Positions 43,837 through 54,319 of a stretch of DNA of 64,000 bases are shown here, piece after piece (the stretch's first letter is position 1; the number at the start of each line of letters is the position of its first letter). The notes under the pieces were generated by a model. It made no database searches, was not told where the DNA came from, and saw only the letters and a program-made list of their open reading frames with translations. Location: contig JAZROV010000002.1 of the NCBI GenBank assembly GCA_045648885.1, positions 6,343 to 70,342 on the forward strand. The letters are read 5' to 3'. Position numbers and translations under genes: made by a program. The DNA comes from Candidatus Enterousia sp. GTDB lineage: Bacteria; Pseudomonadota; Alphaproteobacteria; Rs-D84.

Positions 43837-45218
43837 TCTTTATCTTCTGGTTCTGAATCTTCTTTTGATTCTTTCTCAGATTCCAGAAAATGTTCCAACC
43901 AATGATTATCTGTTTTCAATTGGCGAACATCTGAATTTCCCAACAATTTTTTCTGCAAAGGTATTGTTGTTTTTATACCTTCGATAACGAATTCGTCTAA
44001 TGCACGCTGGGCACGCATTATACATGCAGGACGCGATTGCGAATGCACAACCAATTTTGCAATCATCGAATCATACATCGCAGGAATTGTATATCCTGTA
44101 TATGCCGCAGAATCTACGCGAACGCCCAAACCACCCGATGGGGCATATAAACTGATTGTCCCGGGATTTGGAACGAAAGTGTCTGGATCTTCTGCATTGA
44201 TACGAAATTCAATTGCATGACCATGTGGAATTAAACTTGATTGTGTATAACCCAATTTTTCACCAGCTGCAATTCGTATTTGTTCGCGAACCAAATCGAT
44301 ACCATAGACCATTTCGGTGACCGGATGTTCTACCTGTAAACGTGTATTCATTTCGAGAAAATAAAATTTGCCATCTTCGAACATAAATTCAAATGTTCCG
44401 GCGTTTGTGTATTTCATTTTCTTGGCCGCGGTTTTGCAAATTTCAATCATATCGTCGCGCTGTTTTTGTGTTAAAATCGCAGCAGGGCATTCTTCCATAA
44501 CTTTTTGATTTTTTCGTTGCAGCGAACAATCGCGTTCGCCAAAAATCACTACATTACCATGTTTATCGCCCAAGACCTGGAATTCAATATGACGCGGATG
44601 CAAAAGCAATTTTTCCATATAAAGCGTATCATCCCCGAACGCAGATTTCGATTCGTTACGAACGATGGGAAACATTTCGCGTAATTCATTTGCGTCATTC
44701 ACCGCACGCATACCACGTCCACCGCCACCAGATGCCGCCTTGATCATCACAGGATAACCGATTTTATCAGCCCAGCGCAATGCGTCATCAATATCTTTCA
44801 ATGCACCATCACTGCCCGGAACAACCGGCAAACCACATTTTATTGCAGTTTGTTTTGCGTTCACTTTGTCACCCATTTTGCGAATCATATTGGAATCAGG
44901 CCCAATCCAAATCAGACCATGTTGTTCCACTTTGTCCACAAAATCAGCACGTTCAGACAAAAATCCGTATCCCGGATGTATCGCGTCTGAATTGGTCAGC
45001 AACGCAGCCGTCAAAATCGCAGATTCATTCAAATATGATTCACTGGATTGTGCAGGCCCAATGCATACAGATTCATCAGCCAGTTTCACATGCATTGCAT
45101 TTTTATCAGCAGTCGAATACACTGCGACAGTTCTTATTCCCATATCACGACATGCACGAATTACACGCAATGCGATTTCGCCACGATTTGCGATTAAAAC
45201 TTTTTTAATTTGCGGCAT
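43833..45218 (-). CDS. accC: acetyl-CoA carboxylase biotin carboxylase subunit
   Basis: 461 aa. KVLIANRGEIALRVIRAC start, ATP-grasp motifs, short acidic tail. Confidence 0.95.
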   Translation of the reverse strand: MPQIKKVLIANRGEIALRVIRACRDMGIRTVAVYSTADKNAMHVKLADESVCIGPAQSSESYLNESAILTAALLTNSDAIHPGYGFLSERADFVDKVEQHGLIWIGPDSNMIRKMGDKVNAKQTAIKCGLPVVPGSDGALKDIDDALRWADKIGYPVMIKAASGGGGRGMRAVNDANELREMFPIVRNESKSAFGDDTLYMEKLLLHPRHIEFQVLGDKHGNVVIFGERDCSLQRKNQKVMEECPAAILTQKQRDDMIEICKTAAKKMKYTNAGTFEFMFEDGKFYFLEMNTRLQVEHPVTEMVYGIDLVREQIRIAAGEKLGYTQSSLIPHGHAIEFRINAEDPDTFVPNPGTISLYAPSGGLGVRVDSAAYTGYTIPAMYDSMIAKLVVHSQSRPACIMRAQRALDEFVIEGIKTTIPLQKKLLGNSDVRQLKTDNHWLEHFLESEKESKEDSEPEDKE

Positions 45219-45227
45219 GATAAAAAC

Positions 45228-45659
45228 CTATTCTATTACAACAATCGGTGTATCAAATTCAACCGCAGCGCCATCAGATACCAATATTTCTTTCACAACG
45301 CCGTCGACGTCAGATTTAATCGGGTTGAATGTTTTCATCGCTTCGACCAATGCGACAGTATCACCAACCTTTACCTCATCACCGACATTGACAAATGGTT
45401 TTGCCCCAGGTTCAGGTGCCAAATACGCAACCCCAACCATCGGAGATTTCAACGCATGTCCAGATATTGCACATTCGTCATCATTTTTTTTGGCGGGCGC
45501 GACAAAACCGACCGGTGCAGCCACCGCCTGTTGTTTAGATAAATGAATATGTTTACGGTATAAACCCAATAACAGTTGACGTTCCAAATCTAATTCAGTA
45601 ATTCCCATTTCATCCATAAGTTTGGACATATTCTCAACCGTTGCACGAAAAGATGTCAT
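45228..45659 (-). CDS. accB: acetyl-CoA carboxylase biotin carboxyl carrier protein
   Basis: 143 aa. Biotinylation motif LVEAMKTFNPI. Confidence 0.9.
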   Translation of the reverse strand: MTSFRATVENMSKLMDEMGITELDLERQLLLGLYRKHIHLSKQQAVAAPVGFVAPAKKNDDECAISGHALKSPMVGVAYLAPEPGAKPFVNVGDEVKVGDTVALVEAMKTFNPIKSDVDGVVKEILVSDGAAVEFDTPIVVIE

Positions 45660-45728
45660 AATTATAAATCCTTTTATATTTTTCTGTGTCTATAAATTTT
45701 ACCACAATGTTTTGTTATGTCAAGAATA

Positions 45729-45968
45729 TCACGGCACAGGGTCATATCCACACCCCCCCCCGGGACGGCATCGCGATATACGGTTAAGTCCCATCAGACA
45801 TCCGCGAATAAAACCATATTTTTCAATTGATTGACGTGTGTATTCACTGCATGTCGGGGTAAATCTGCACGCCGCATGACCACCAATAAACGGCGAAATA
45901 CATCTTTGATATCCACGAATCAAAGCGCATCCAAAACGGGTAAAAAAATCATTTTTCGACAAAGCCAT
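45729..45968 (-). CDS. yidD: membrane protein insertion efficiency factor YidD
   Basis: First ATG (MALSKNDFF). The track start 45989 is a TTG. Motif CRFTPTCSEY. Confidence 0.85.
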   Translation of the reverse strand: MALSKNDFFTRFGCALIRGYQRCISPFIGGHAACRFTPTCSEYTRQSIEKYGFIRGCLMGLNRISRCRPGGGCGYDPVP

Positions 45969-46308
45969 ATTTTTTATACAATCTGGCAACGCGTTTTAAC
46001 GCACGCATCATTGATTTGCGGCCCATATCACGTTCTGTATCTAACATTTTATCCAAAGCAATAAAAACATAATCAAGATCTGGCAACATCAAAGATTCAT
46101 TATACGCAATCCAATCACGCAACAACCGTTTTACGCGATTGCGATGCACAGCCTTTTTAAATCTGCGCTTTGCCACAATCAGACCATAACGCGCATCACC
46201 CGGGAATTTAGTCGGTTTCACCAAAACAACGAAAGATTCACTGCGCGCGAAAACGTCGCTTTTGGGGACAAAAAAATCTCTATGGTTTAATATAGTCTTA
46301 CGTTTCAT
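45949..46308 (-). CDS. rnpA: ribonuclease P protein component
   Basis: Start moved to MKRKTILNHRDF. RNR motif KKAVHRNRVKRLLRD. No rpmH seen upstream. Confidence 0.8.
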   Translation of the reverse strand: MKRKTILNHRDFFVPKSDVFARSESFVVLVKPTKFPGDARYGLIVAKRRFKKAVHRNRVKRLLRDWIAYNESLMLPDLDYVFIALDKMLDTERDMGRKSMMRALKRVARLYKKYGFVEK

Positions 46309-46375
46309 GCCCGTATCATACCAAAATATAAAAAAAAGCAAATAAAAAAGCAAAAATTGTTCGGATGAGGCTTGA

Positions 46376-47479
<1,104 letters not shown>

Positions 47480-47492
47480 AATTACTGTTTTC

Positions 47493-47526
47493 AAAAAAAC
47501 AACCGGCAGACGCCGGTGTTTTTTTA
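47493..47526. terminator. bidirectional rho-independent terminator
   Basis: A7 run, ACCGGC-agac-GCCGGT hairpin, T7 run directly after mreB. Confidence 0.75.
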
Positions 47527-47533
47527 TACGAAA

Positions 47534-48052
47534 TCAATGGCCTGTAAATGGATTCATTTTCATATTGCGGAATATATTTAATAATGTCCAAGCGCTTAAA
47601 CCCACATCCATTACGGCCGACGGATATGCGCCTACGTAAAAATCATGAACAAACCACAACATTAAATTGATTATCAATGCAAAACGTATTTGCTGTTCAT
47701 TTCGGGTTTCATACAAAAACACAGTATAAACAAATGATGCAGCCACTGGGAAAATTCCGATTATGCCGCGATTATTGGCAGCAAAGCCCGCAATCACACA
47801 CAAAAACAGCAACACAAATGTAATATTTCGCGTCAATTTATTTTTATATGCCAATATATCACGCACCAGCGCAATCGAATTCGTCGTCAACGCAGAATAT
47901 GTCACCAATGCCACGTTCGACAAGATACAGAATACAACCTCAAAAATTTGCCACAACAATAATGCTTTGGTTGTTTTTTTAAATACAGAAACAAAAAGGC
48001 AAATCGCCGCAATCAATGAAAAAACATTACCCAAAATAAAATAAGACTGCAT
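47534..48052 (-). CDS. small polytopic inner-membrane protein (YgjV-like?)
   Basis: 172 aa with 5-6 predicted TM helices. The resemblance to the YgjV family is from memory only. Confidence 0.4.
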   Translation of the reverse strand: MQSYFILGNVFSLIAAICLFVSVFKKTTKALLLWQIFEVVFCILSNVALVTYSALTTNSIALVRDILAYKNKLTRNITFVLLFLCVIAGFAANNRGIIGIFPVAASFVYTVFLYETRNEQQIRFALIINLMLWFVHDFYVGAYPSAVMDVGLSAWTLLNIFRNMKMNPFTGH

Positions 48053-48151
48053 TTATTTCCCGTTCCTAAATCGTGGGTAAATATATAATTTATGATAAAC
48101 AAAATCTAGTGGAAAAATTACCAAAAATTCGCCTGACGCTATGTCGAGACA

Positions 48152-48190
48152 GGCTGAAAAAAAATTTATCGCGCACTTTGTGGTGCGCGA
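48152..48190 (-). terminator. rho-independent terminator after tRNA-Thr(GGT)
   Basis: GCGCAC-...-GTGCGC hairpin. The minus strand continues ATAAATTTTTTTT. Confidence 0.6.
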
Positions 48191-48203
48191 TAACAATTTT
48201 TCG

Positions 48204-48277
48204 TGGTGCCCTAAGCAAGAATCGGACTTGCGACTCGTCCTTACCAAGGACGTGTTTTACCACTAGACTATTAGGGC
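48204..48277 (-). tRNA. tRNA-Thr (anticodon GGT)
   Basis: 74 nt folded by hand: acceptor GCCCTAA/TTAGGGC, anticodon stem CGTCC/GGACG with loop TTGGTAA, T stem GCAAG/CTTGC, encoded CCA. The D stem has one mismatch. Confidence 0.85.
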
Positions 48278-48328
48278 AATCGCGTAGTCATTATACAGAC
48301 ATACACACAAAAATCAATATCAAAATTT

Positions 48329-49189
48329 CTATCTTTGCATTTCGCCCAAACAGCGTTTCAACGCGTCACGCCATGTCGGTATTTTTATACCAAATGTTTG
48401 CTCGATTGTTGTCGTATCTAAAACACTGTATTTCGGACGCACTGCACGAGTCGGATATTCAGCAGTCGATATAGGTTTCACAGCGCAATTTAAATTTGAT
48501 TGCTTCATAATTTCAACTGCAAAATCATACCAAGAAATACCCTTAAACAACGTTCCTGTCAATGTATCAAGATTTGAATAATGGTAAATTCCATTTTTTT
48601 CCGGGGTCATTTGTGGAATAATCTGGACAATCGCAACAGCCAAATCTTTTGCATAGGTCGGCAAACCATATTGATCACTGACTACCGAAATTTCATCCCT
48701 GGTCGCGCCTAATTTGCGCATGGTTTTTACAAAATTTTTACCGTATGGTGAATAAAGCCATGATGTTCGAATGATTATTCGATTTTTTGATTTGTTTAAA
48801 ACAGCAAACTCTCCATTCCATTTTGATTTTCCATACACAGATATAGGTCTAGGAGTATCTGTTGTCTGATATGCACCAACCAATAAATTCCCATCAAAAA
48901 CATAGTCCGTTGAAACATGAATAATTTGGCAACCTGTTTGGGCCAGATATCCCGGCGCCAACGCGTTTATTTTGTATGCGGTTTCCGCGTCGTCTTCGGC
49001 GGCATCAACCGCCGTATAGGCCGCACAATTCACAATTGTTTTAATATTATTTTTCCGAACAAAATCATCAACCGCGCGTTTATTTGTGATATCTAAATCG
49101 CTGTGTGTGGCCAAAACCGCCGCAGGCATAATTTTACCCAATTCTGTTCCTAATTGCCCATTTGCACCTGTGATTAAAACATTTTTCAT
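48329..49189 (-). CDS. rfbD: dTDP-4-dehydrorhamnose reductase
   Basis: Start moved to MKNVLITGANGQLG (AAGGTG SD). STDYVFDG and YGKSK catalytic motifs. Confidence 0.88.
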   Translation of the reverse strand: MKNVLITGANGQLGTELGKIMPAAVLATHSDLDITNKRAVDDFVRKNNIKTIVNCAAYTAVDAAEDDAETAYKINALAPGYLAQTGCQIIHVSTDYVFDGNLLVGAYQTTDTPRPISVYGKSKWNGEFAVLNKSKNRIIIRTSWLYSPYGKNFVKTMRKLGATRDEISVVSDQYGLPTYAKDLAVAIVQIIPQMTPEKNGIYHYSNLDTLTGTLFKGISWYDFAVEIMKQSNLNCAVKPISTAEYPTRAVRPKYSVLDTTTIEQTFGIKIPTWRDALKRCLGEMQR

Positions 49190-49270
49190 CGACATCACCT
49201 TTGATTGTTCGGTCAATATAGCACGAATCTGGGCAAAATCAAGCGAATGACTATAATTTTTTATTCATAA

Positions 49271-49918
49271 TTATTTTTGTGAGGCTAATAATTCTTTTGG
49301 GTGTCGTCTGTCCCATTTAATACCACGTTTTACGACACGCGCAGGATTTCCAACCAAAACACAATTTGGTTCTGTAAATTTACCACTGACTACACTGTTT
49401 GTGCCTATTACGCAACCATCAGCTATTTCTGTATTTTTACATATTGTCGCATTAGCACCAATCCAAACGTGATTGCCAATTTTTATATATTTCCCAATAT
49501 TTGTCGAATTGCCATTTGAATCAACAATTGAATGTACATCACTGGGCAGAAAATTTATGCCGACTGAAAACATACAATCTTCACCTATTTCTACCATTGT
49601 TTTATCTTCTGATAAAGGTGTCATGAATTTTAAACTGCCAATAGATGTATTTTTCCCAATATGAATTTTGCAATCATTACAAGTCAAATGATCGGAACCA
49701 ATACAAACATCAATATGTTGTCCAAACGGTGTATTTTCTATGATAATTTCATTATTATTACCAAAAAACCGACATGTTAAATCAACATTTTTTGATACAT
49801 TGATTTTATTATTATCACCCATAACAAACTGTTTTGGTTTATAACTAGCAATTTTAACCCCACAAAAATAGATACATATATGTCCGTTTCCGTGTGGCAG
49901 TTTTTTAATTATTTTCAT
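49271..49918 (-). CDS. left-handed beta-helix (hexapeptide-repeat) acetyltransferase
   Basis: 215 aa. IGNHVWIGANATICKNTEIADGCVIGTNSVVSGKF..VLVGNPARVV hexapeptide repeats. Confidence 0.75.
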   Translation of the reverse strand: MKIIKKLPHGNGHICIYFCGVKIASYKPKQFVMGDNNKINVSKNVDLTCRFFGNNNEIIIENTPFGQHIDVCIGSDHLTCNDCKIHIGKNTSIGSLKFMTPLSEDKTMVEIGEDCMFSVGINFLPSDVHSIVDSNGNSTNIGKYIKIGNHVWIGANATICKNTEIADGCVIGTNSVVSGKFTEPNCVLVGNPARVVKRGIKWDRRHPKELLASQK

Positions 49919-49937
49919 TTTATTATCACCCTAGATT

Positions 49938-50744
49938 TCATTGCTTGTATATTTTTTTGTATTCATCCGCAATCATTTGCATAAATTCATTCAGATACGG
50001 ATTTTTATCATAAAAGATATCCGAAAAATCACCAAAACCGACTTCTTCCCAATCTATGAATGAAGTAATTTTAAAAGTTTTGTCGTCTATCATAAAATTG
50101 TCCAGCAAATCGCAGTGATGCCACCCAAACATAAAACCTGGTTTCGCGGATGCGTCATCTTTATATTTATAAAGCGCACGCGGATTATGTTTTGCAATTA
50201 CATACATGAAATACGCCACCTGGTGCGCCAAATAGTGTTTATATTTTTCATATATTTTACCACGTTTTATCAATTGACGCAGTGATATCCCATGCATCAC
50301 ATCATATCGACGAACAATTTTATCTTGGTATTCTAAAAGCGTCGGTACAGGTATAAATATCGGCGAAATTTTTGCCAATTCAGATGTGATGTCGCGTTCA
50401 CGAACCTCTATATTCGGGGCAAAATTGCATTTTTGGGTTGGATATTTATATATGTATTTATCGTTCACTTTGATTAACAAATTGCGACCACGAAATCCGG
50501 TTATGATTTTGTATTTTGGATGTCTTATACCGCTGTCGTTTTTTATCATTACCAACAACCCAACCAAAGGTGAATTCAACGCAGCACGAACATGTTTGCG
50601 GGTTTCTTGGTTATAAATCAGCCCACAAATCATATTTGTTATAAAATGTCTAATTTTTATCAAACAATGTTTCATATTTGATATTACACTACATTTTTTC
50701 CCACAAATCAAACAGTTTTTACCGTGGCATCTTTTTATTTGCAA
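49938..50744 (-). CDS. APH/choline-kinase-fold phosphotransferase
   Basis: 268 aa. Kinase motifs WHHCDLLDNFMI (HxDxxxxN) and SFIDWEEVGFGD. The start is uncertain: TTG at 50744 overlaps a tRNA promoter, and the next ATG is 50675. Confidence 0.6.
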   Translation of the reverse strand: MQIKRCHGKNCLICGKKCSVISNMKHCLIKIRHFITNMICGLIYNQETRKHVRAALNSPLVGLLVMIKNDSGIRHPKYKIITGFRGRNLLIKVNDKYIYKYPTQKCNFAPNIEVRERDITSELAKISPIFIPVPTLLEYQDKIVRRYDVMHGISLRQLIKRGKIYEKYKHYLAHQVAYFMYVIAKHNPRALYKYKDDASAKPGFMFGWHHCDLLDNFMIDDKTFKITSFIDWEEVGFGDFSDIFYDKNPYLNEFMQMIADEYKKIYKQ

Positions 50745-50766
50745 ATTGGAATTTTGCTGTTATAAT
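50739..50766 (+). promoter_or_regulatory. candidate sigma70 promoter for tRNA-Val(GAC)
   Basis: TTGCAA, 16 nt, TATAAT, ending 11 nt before the tRNA 5' end. Confidence 0.5.
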
Positions 50767-50777
50767 ACTTTCGCTTT

Positions 50778-50854
50778 GGGTGGTTAGCTCAGTTGGTTAG
50801 AGCGTTACGTTGACATCGTAAAGGTCGTTGGTTCGAGTCCAATACCACCCACCA
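50778..50854 (+). tRNA. tRNA-Val (anticodon GAC)
   Basis: 77 nt folded by hand: acceptor GGGTGGT/ACCACCC, anticodon stem TTACG/CGTAA with loop TTGACAT, T arm GTTGG-TTCGAGT-CCAAT, encoded CCA. Confidence 0.9.
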
Positions 50855-50994
50855 CACTTCGCATCTTAAGGTGCTTCGTGTGGTAAACCACCAATTTTCG
50901 TTATCGCGTGCATCGCGCACGATTACATAGCACGAACAAATAACAATGAAACGAATGCAAATTTAATTTTATTAAAACATCAAACGGGAATTTT

Positions 50995-51022
50995 TGGACG
51001 CCCCGTTTGCGTCCATTTTTTA
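50995..51022 (+). terminator. terminator or attenuator hairpin 28 nt upstream of metG
   Basis: TGGACGC-cccgttt-GCGTCCA stem followed by a T6 run. Confidence 0.55.
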
Positions 51023-51049
51023 TAAAATATAAACCAAGGATAAATTACA

Positions 51050-52666
51050 ATGGGACAAAAATATTTAATTACTTCTGCACTGCCATATGTGAACAATCAA
51101 TTACACATAGGACATTTAATTGGATGTCTGTTGCCATCTGATGTATATGCCAGATTTTGTCGCGCTATGGGACGTGATGTGTTGTATATTTGTGGAACAG
51201 ATGAGCATGGAACAAGATCTGAAATGGGTGCAAAAAAAGAAGGGGTTTCTGTCGAAGATTATGTGAACAAATATCGCGAAATTCAAATATCTGGGATAAA
51301 TAATTTTAATATGTCATTTGATTTATATGGACGTACACATACAAAATTACACGAAAAATTAATTCACGAACTGTTTTCTCGGTTGGATTCATTGGGTATG
51401 ATAATTGAAAAATCATCAAAGCAACCATATTCTATCAATGAACATAAATTTTTAGCGGATCGTTATGTTATAGGTACATGCCCAAAATGCGGATACGAAC
51501 GCGCCTATGGTAATGAGTGTGATAAATGTTACGCATCTCTTAATCCAGACGAATTGATTAATCCACATAGTGCTATTGACCCGAATTCGCCGGTTGAAAT
51601 GCGCGAAACAAAACATCTGTATTTCAAATTGAGTAAAATGCAAGATAAATTGCGCGAATGGGTAAATTCGAGGAAAGGTTGGCAAAAAACAGCTGTCACT
51701 ATCACAAATAAATGGTTGGACGAAGGTTTGCATGACAACCCGATTACACGCGATTTGAAATGGGGAATACCTGTCAATAAACCGGGGTATGAAGATAAAG
51801 TGTTCTATGTGTGGTTTGATGCGCCATGGGGCTATGTTTCTATATCACAAGCAGCGACACCTGATTGGGCATCATGGTGGAAAAATCCAGATTGTCATTA
51901 TACTGAATTCATGGGCAAAGATAATGTATCTTTCCATTCTGTGTTTTTCCCAGCTCAAGAATTAGCCATGGACGATAATTGGAAAACCGTTGATATGTTA
52001 AAAGCTTTCAATTTCTTGAACTTTAATGGTGCAAAAATTTCTAAATCAACAGGGAATGGAATATTTTTAGATGAAGCATTATCAATCGCACCGAGCGATT
52101 GTTGGCGGTATGCATTGTTAGCGTCGGCACCAGAAACAGATGACACAGATTTTACAATGGCACGTTTTGTTGATATTGTGAACAAAGATTTAAACGGTTT
52201 GTTGGGCAATTTTGTTTCACGCGTTTGCAAATTGTCTGCGAAAAATTTCGGAGATATTGTTCCAGACGGGGGGGGTATTGATTCTGGGTTGGCTGAAAAA
52301 ATCAATGCAAAATTGGACGAATTAACAGACGCTTTGGAAAAATGTGAATTCCGCAAAGCGATTGTTGCACTGCGTGAAATTTACGGTATTGCAAATGAAT
52401 ATATGACCATCAAAGAACCGTGGGCTTTGGTTAAAAACGGCGACACATCTGGTGCAGCAGCGGCATTGAACGAATGTTTTCAAATGATTGATTTGTTTGG
52501 CCGTATTTCTGCGCCGTTCATACCGGATGCAGCCGAAAAAATTCAAAACATTTTCGAAATCAAACACGATTTATCTTGGCCAACAAAATACGAACATCGT
52601 ATTGCAAATGGTGATAAATTCGTTGTCCCAGAAAATCTGTTTAATCGGCTTGAAATACCTGCATAA
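51050..52666 (+). CDS. metG: methionyl-tRNA synthetase (short form)
   Basis: 538 aa. HIGH motif (NNQLHIGHL), zinc knuckle CPKCGYERAYGNECDKC, KMSKS variant KISKS. Confidence 0.95.
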   Translation: MGQKYLITSALPYVNNQLHIGHLIGCLLPSDVYARFCRAMGRDVLYICGTDEHGTRSEMGAKKEGVSVEDYVNKYREIQISGINNFNMSFDLYGRTHTKLHEKLIHELFSRLDSLGMIIEKSSKQPYSINEHKFLADRYVIGTCPKCGYERAYGNECDKCYASLNPDELINPHSAIDPNSPVEMRETKHLYFKLSKMQDKLREWVNSRKGWQKTAVTITNKWLDEGLHDNPITRDLKWGIPVNKPGYEDKVFYVWFDAPWGYVSISQAATPDWASWWKNPDCHYTEFMGKDNVSFHSVFFPAQELAMDDNWKTVDMLKAFNFLNFNGAKISKSTGNGIFLDEALSIAPSDCWRYALLASAPETDDTDFTMARFVDIVNKDLNGLLGNFVSRVCKLSAKNFGDIVPDGGGIDSGLAEKINAKLDELTDALEKCEFRKAIVALREIYGIANEYMTIKEPWALVKNGDTSGAAAALNECFQMIDLFGRISAPFIPDAAEKIQNIFEIKHDLSWPTKYEHRIANGDKFVVPENLFNRLEIPA

Positions 52667-52717
52667 TAATGCTATTGTTTCAAAGCGGGCAGAGAGAATA
52701 TCAACACCAAAGGAACA

Positions 52718-53281
52718 ATGATTATGCAATCAGAAACCTCTGTTCTGTTTTATGCAGAAACAAACATTTTACAAAAGCACGAAACACCTGATGGATTTTC
52801 TTTACGCAAAGCAACACGTTGTGAAAATATTGCTAATCTGGAAGAACTGCGTAAATTTTGTGATAAATTCATCCAATATAAAAACAGCGTTGAACGTGGT
52901 ACGTACAAAATTCGTCTTTGGTTTGATACCATTATAGATTTTACATACGATGAACCAAATCTGTCCCCACGCAAAATCAGAATGGAAGGTGATAAATTTT
53001 CATTTTTGGTTTCTGCAACAAATAAATTGTTCTATATCGAAGATGCAATAAAATTATTCAAAGATGCAAATCTGTTGCAATATGACGAACGATATATTTT
53101 ACATCCTGTGTGCGTCCAGAGTTTTGATGGAAAAAACATACGGCTGCGCCCATTGACAGAGCGAGATACAGTTGTCAGACAATCTGATTTTGGACAAATT
53201 TGGCCTATCCAGACGAACCAAACACCTATACAGTTGATAAATATATTAAATCAAAATGTGAAACAGGGGGTAATAAAATGA
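52718..53281 (+). CDS. hypothetical protein
   Basis: 187-aa ORF. ATGA overlap with the next ORF. No family recognised. Confidence 0.45.
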   Translation: MIMQSETSVLFYAETNILQKHETPDGFSLRKATRCENIANLEELRKFCDKFIQYKNSVERGTYKIRLWFDTIIDFTYDEPNLSPRKIRMEGDKFSFLVSATNKLFYIEDAIKLFKDANLLQYDERYILHPVCVQSFDGKNIRLRPLTERDTVVRQSDFGQIWPIQTNQTPIQLINILNQNVKQGVIK

Positions 53282-53709
53282 ACACCAGATTCAGAACGGT
53301 TTTTACTGGATTTAACATAACTGCAGAAGATTTGAACGATAACAATACGACAAATATTAAATGTGATCGTTTATATGGAAAATTTCATGATTTTATCCAA
53401 AAATTAAATACTACATCTCAGATAACAGCATCATACGAATTACAATTTGTTGATACATACTTCAAAGAACAACCGATTGTGCATAGCGTAAAAAGAGAAA
53501 TAGATTTTTATGTTATCCCAAAATCTGTATATTATGATAAAAACCAAGAAAATATTTCTTTGATTAAAAAGCATGCAAAATCTAAAAAAATACCACTGAA
53601 AAACGTTTTGATAATAAACTCTCGTGGTTGCAGTGTTTATCCGAATCGTCGCAGAGCTTTACCGCGTGAGATTTATAATTTTTTTGAAAAAATATATGAC
53701 CAACGATAA
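53278..53709 (+). CDS. hypothetical protein
   Basis: Start moved to the ATG after a GGGGG SD (MNTRFRTVF), 143 aa. Its stop TAA abuts the queH ATG. Confidence 0.45.
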   Translation: MNTRFRTVFTGFNITAEDLNDNNTTNIKCDRLYGKFHDFIQKLNTTSQITASYELQFVDTYFKEQPIVHSVKREIDFYVIPKSVYYDKNQENISLIKKHAKSKKIPLKNVLIINSRGCSVYPNRRRALPREIYNFFEKIYDQR

Positions 53710-54249
53710 ATGTCTGATAAAATAAAACTGGTTTTAATGTCTTGCTGTGCACCGTGTTCGTGTGGTGCGATTAAGCAATTAGTGGATGGCGAAATTGCCG
53801 ATATTAACGATTTTATTGTTATGTTTTTTAATCCAAATATTTACCCCGACACCGAATATCAAAAACGGTTAAATGAACAAATTAAATACTGTGAAAAATT
53901 AGGCGTCAAATATGTCGTCGGCGATTACAATCATGACGAATGGCGCAACCATGTTAAAGGGCTGGAATTTGAACCTGAACGCGGCGCACGTTGCAGCAAA
54001 TGTTTTGCATATCGCTTTTGTTTTGCGCGCGATTGGGCAATTAAAAATGGATATAATGCAATTGCGTCTGTATTTGGCGTATCGCGCCACAAAGACCAAT
54101 CCCAGGTTGACGCGGCCGCAGATATTTCGTGTAGCGAAATAAAATATTTACCAATTAAATGGAATGAAAAATTAAGACAAGAAATAAATCGTGAATCTGA
54201 TTTTTACCGCCAGAATTATTGCGGTTGCGAATTTTCAATACGCAAATAA
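53710..54249 (+). CDS. queH: epoxyqueuosine reductase QueH (DUF208)
   Basis: 179 aa. Motifs LMSCCAPCS, ERGARCSKC and YCGCEFS are characteristic of QueH. Confidence 0.85.
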   Translation: MSDKIKLVLMSCCAPCSCGAIKQLVDGEIADINDFIVMFFNPNIYPDTEYQKRLNEQIKYCEKLGVKYVVGDYNHDEWRNHVKGLEFEPERGARCSKCFAYRFCFARDWAIKNGYNAIASVFGVSRHKDQSQVDAAADISCSEIKYLPIKWNEKLRQEINRESDFYRQNYCGCEFSIRK

Positions 54250-54319
54250 TTAAAACATATAATAATTTGATTTTTGGCTTTTTTCTTCTATAATAAAAGA
54301 TATGAAAAAGAGGTATATA

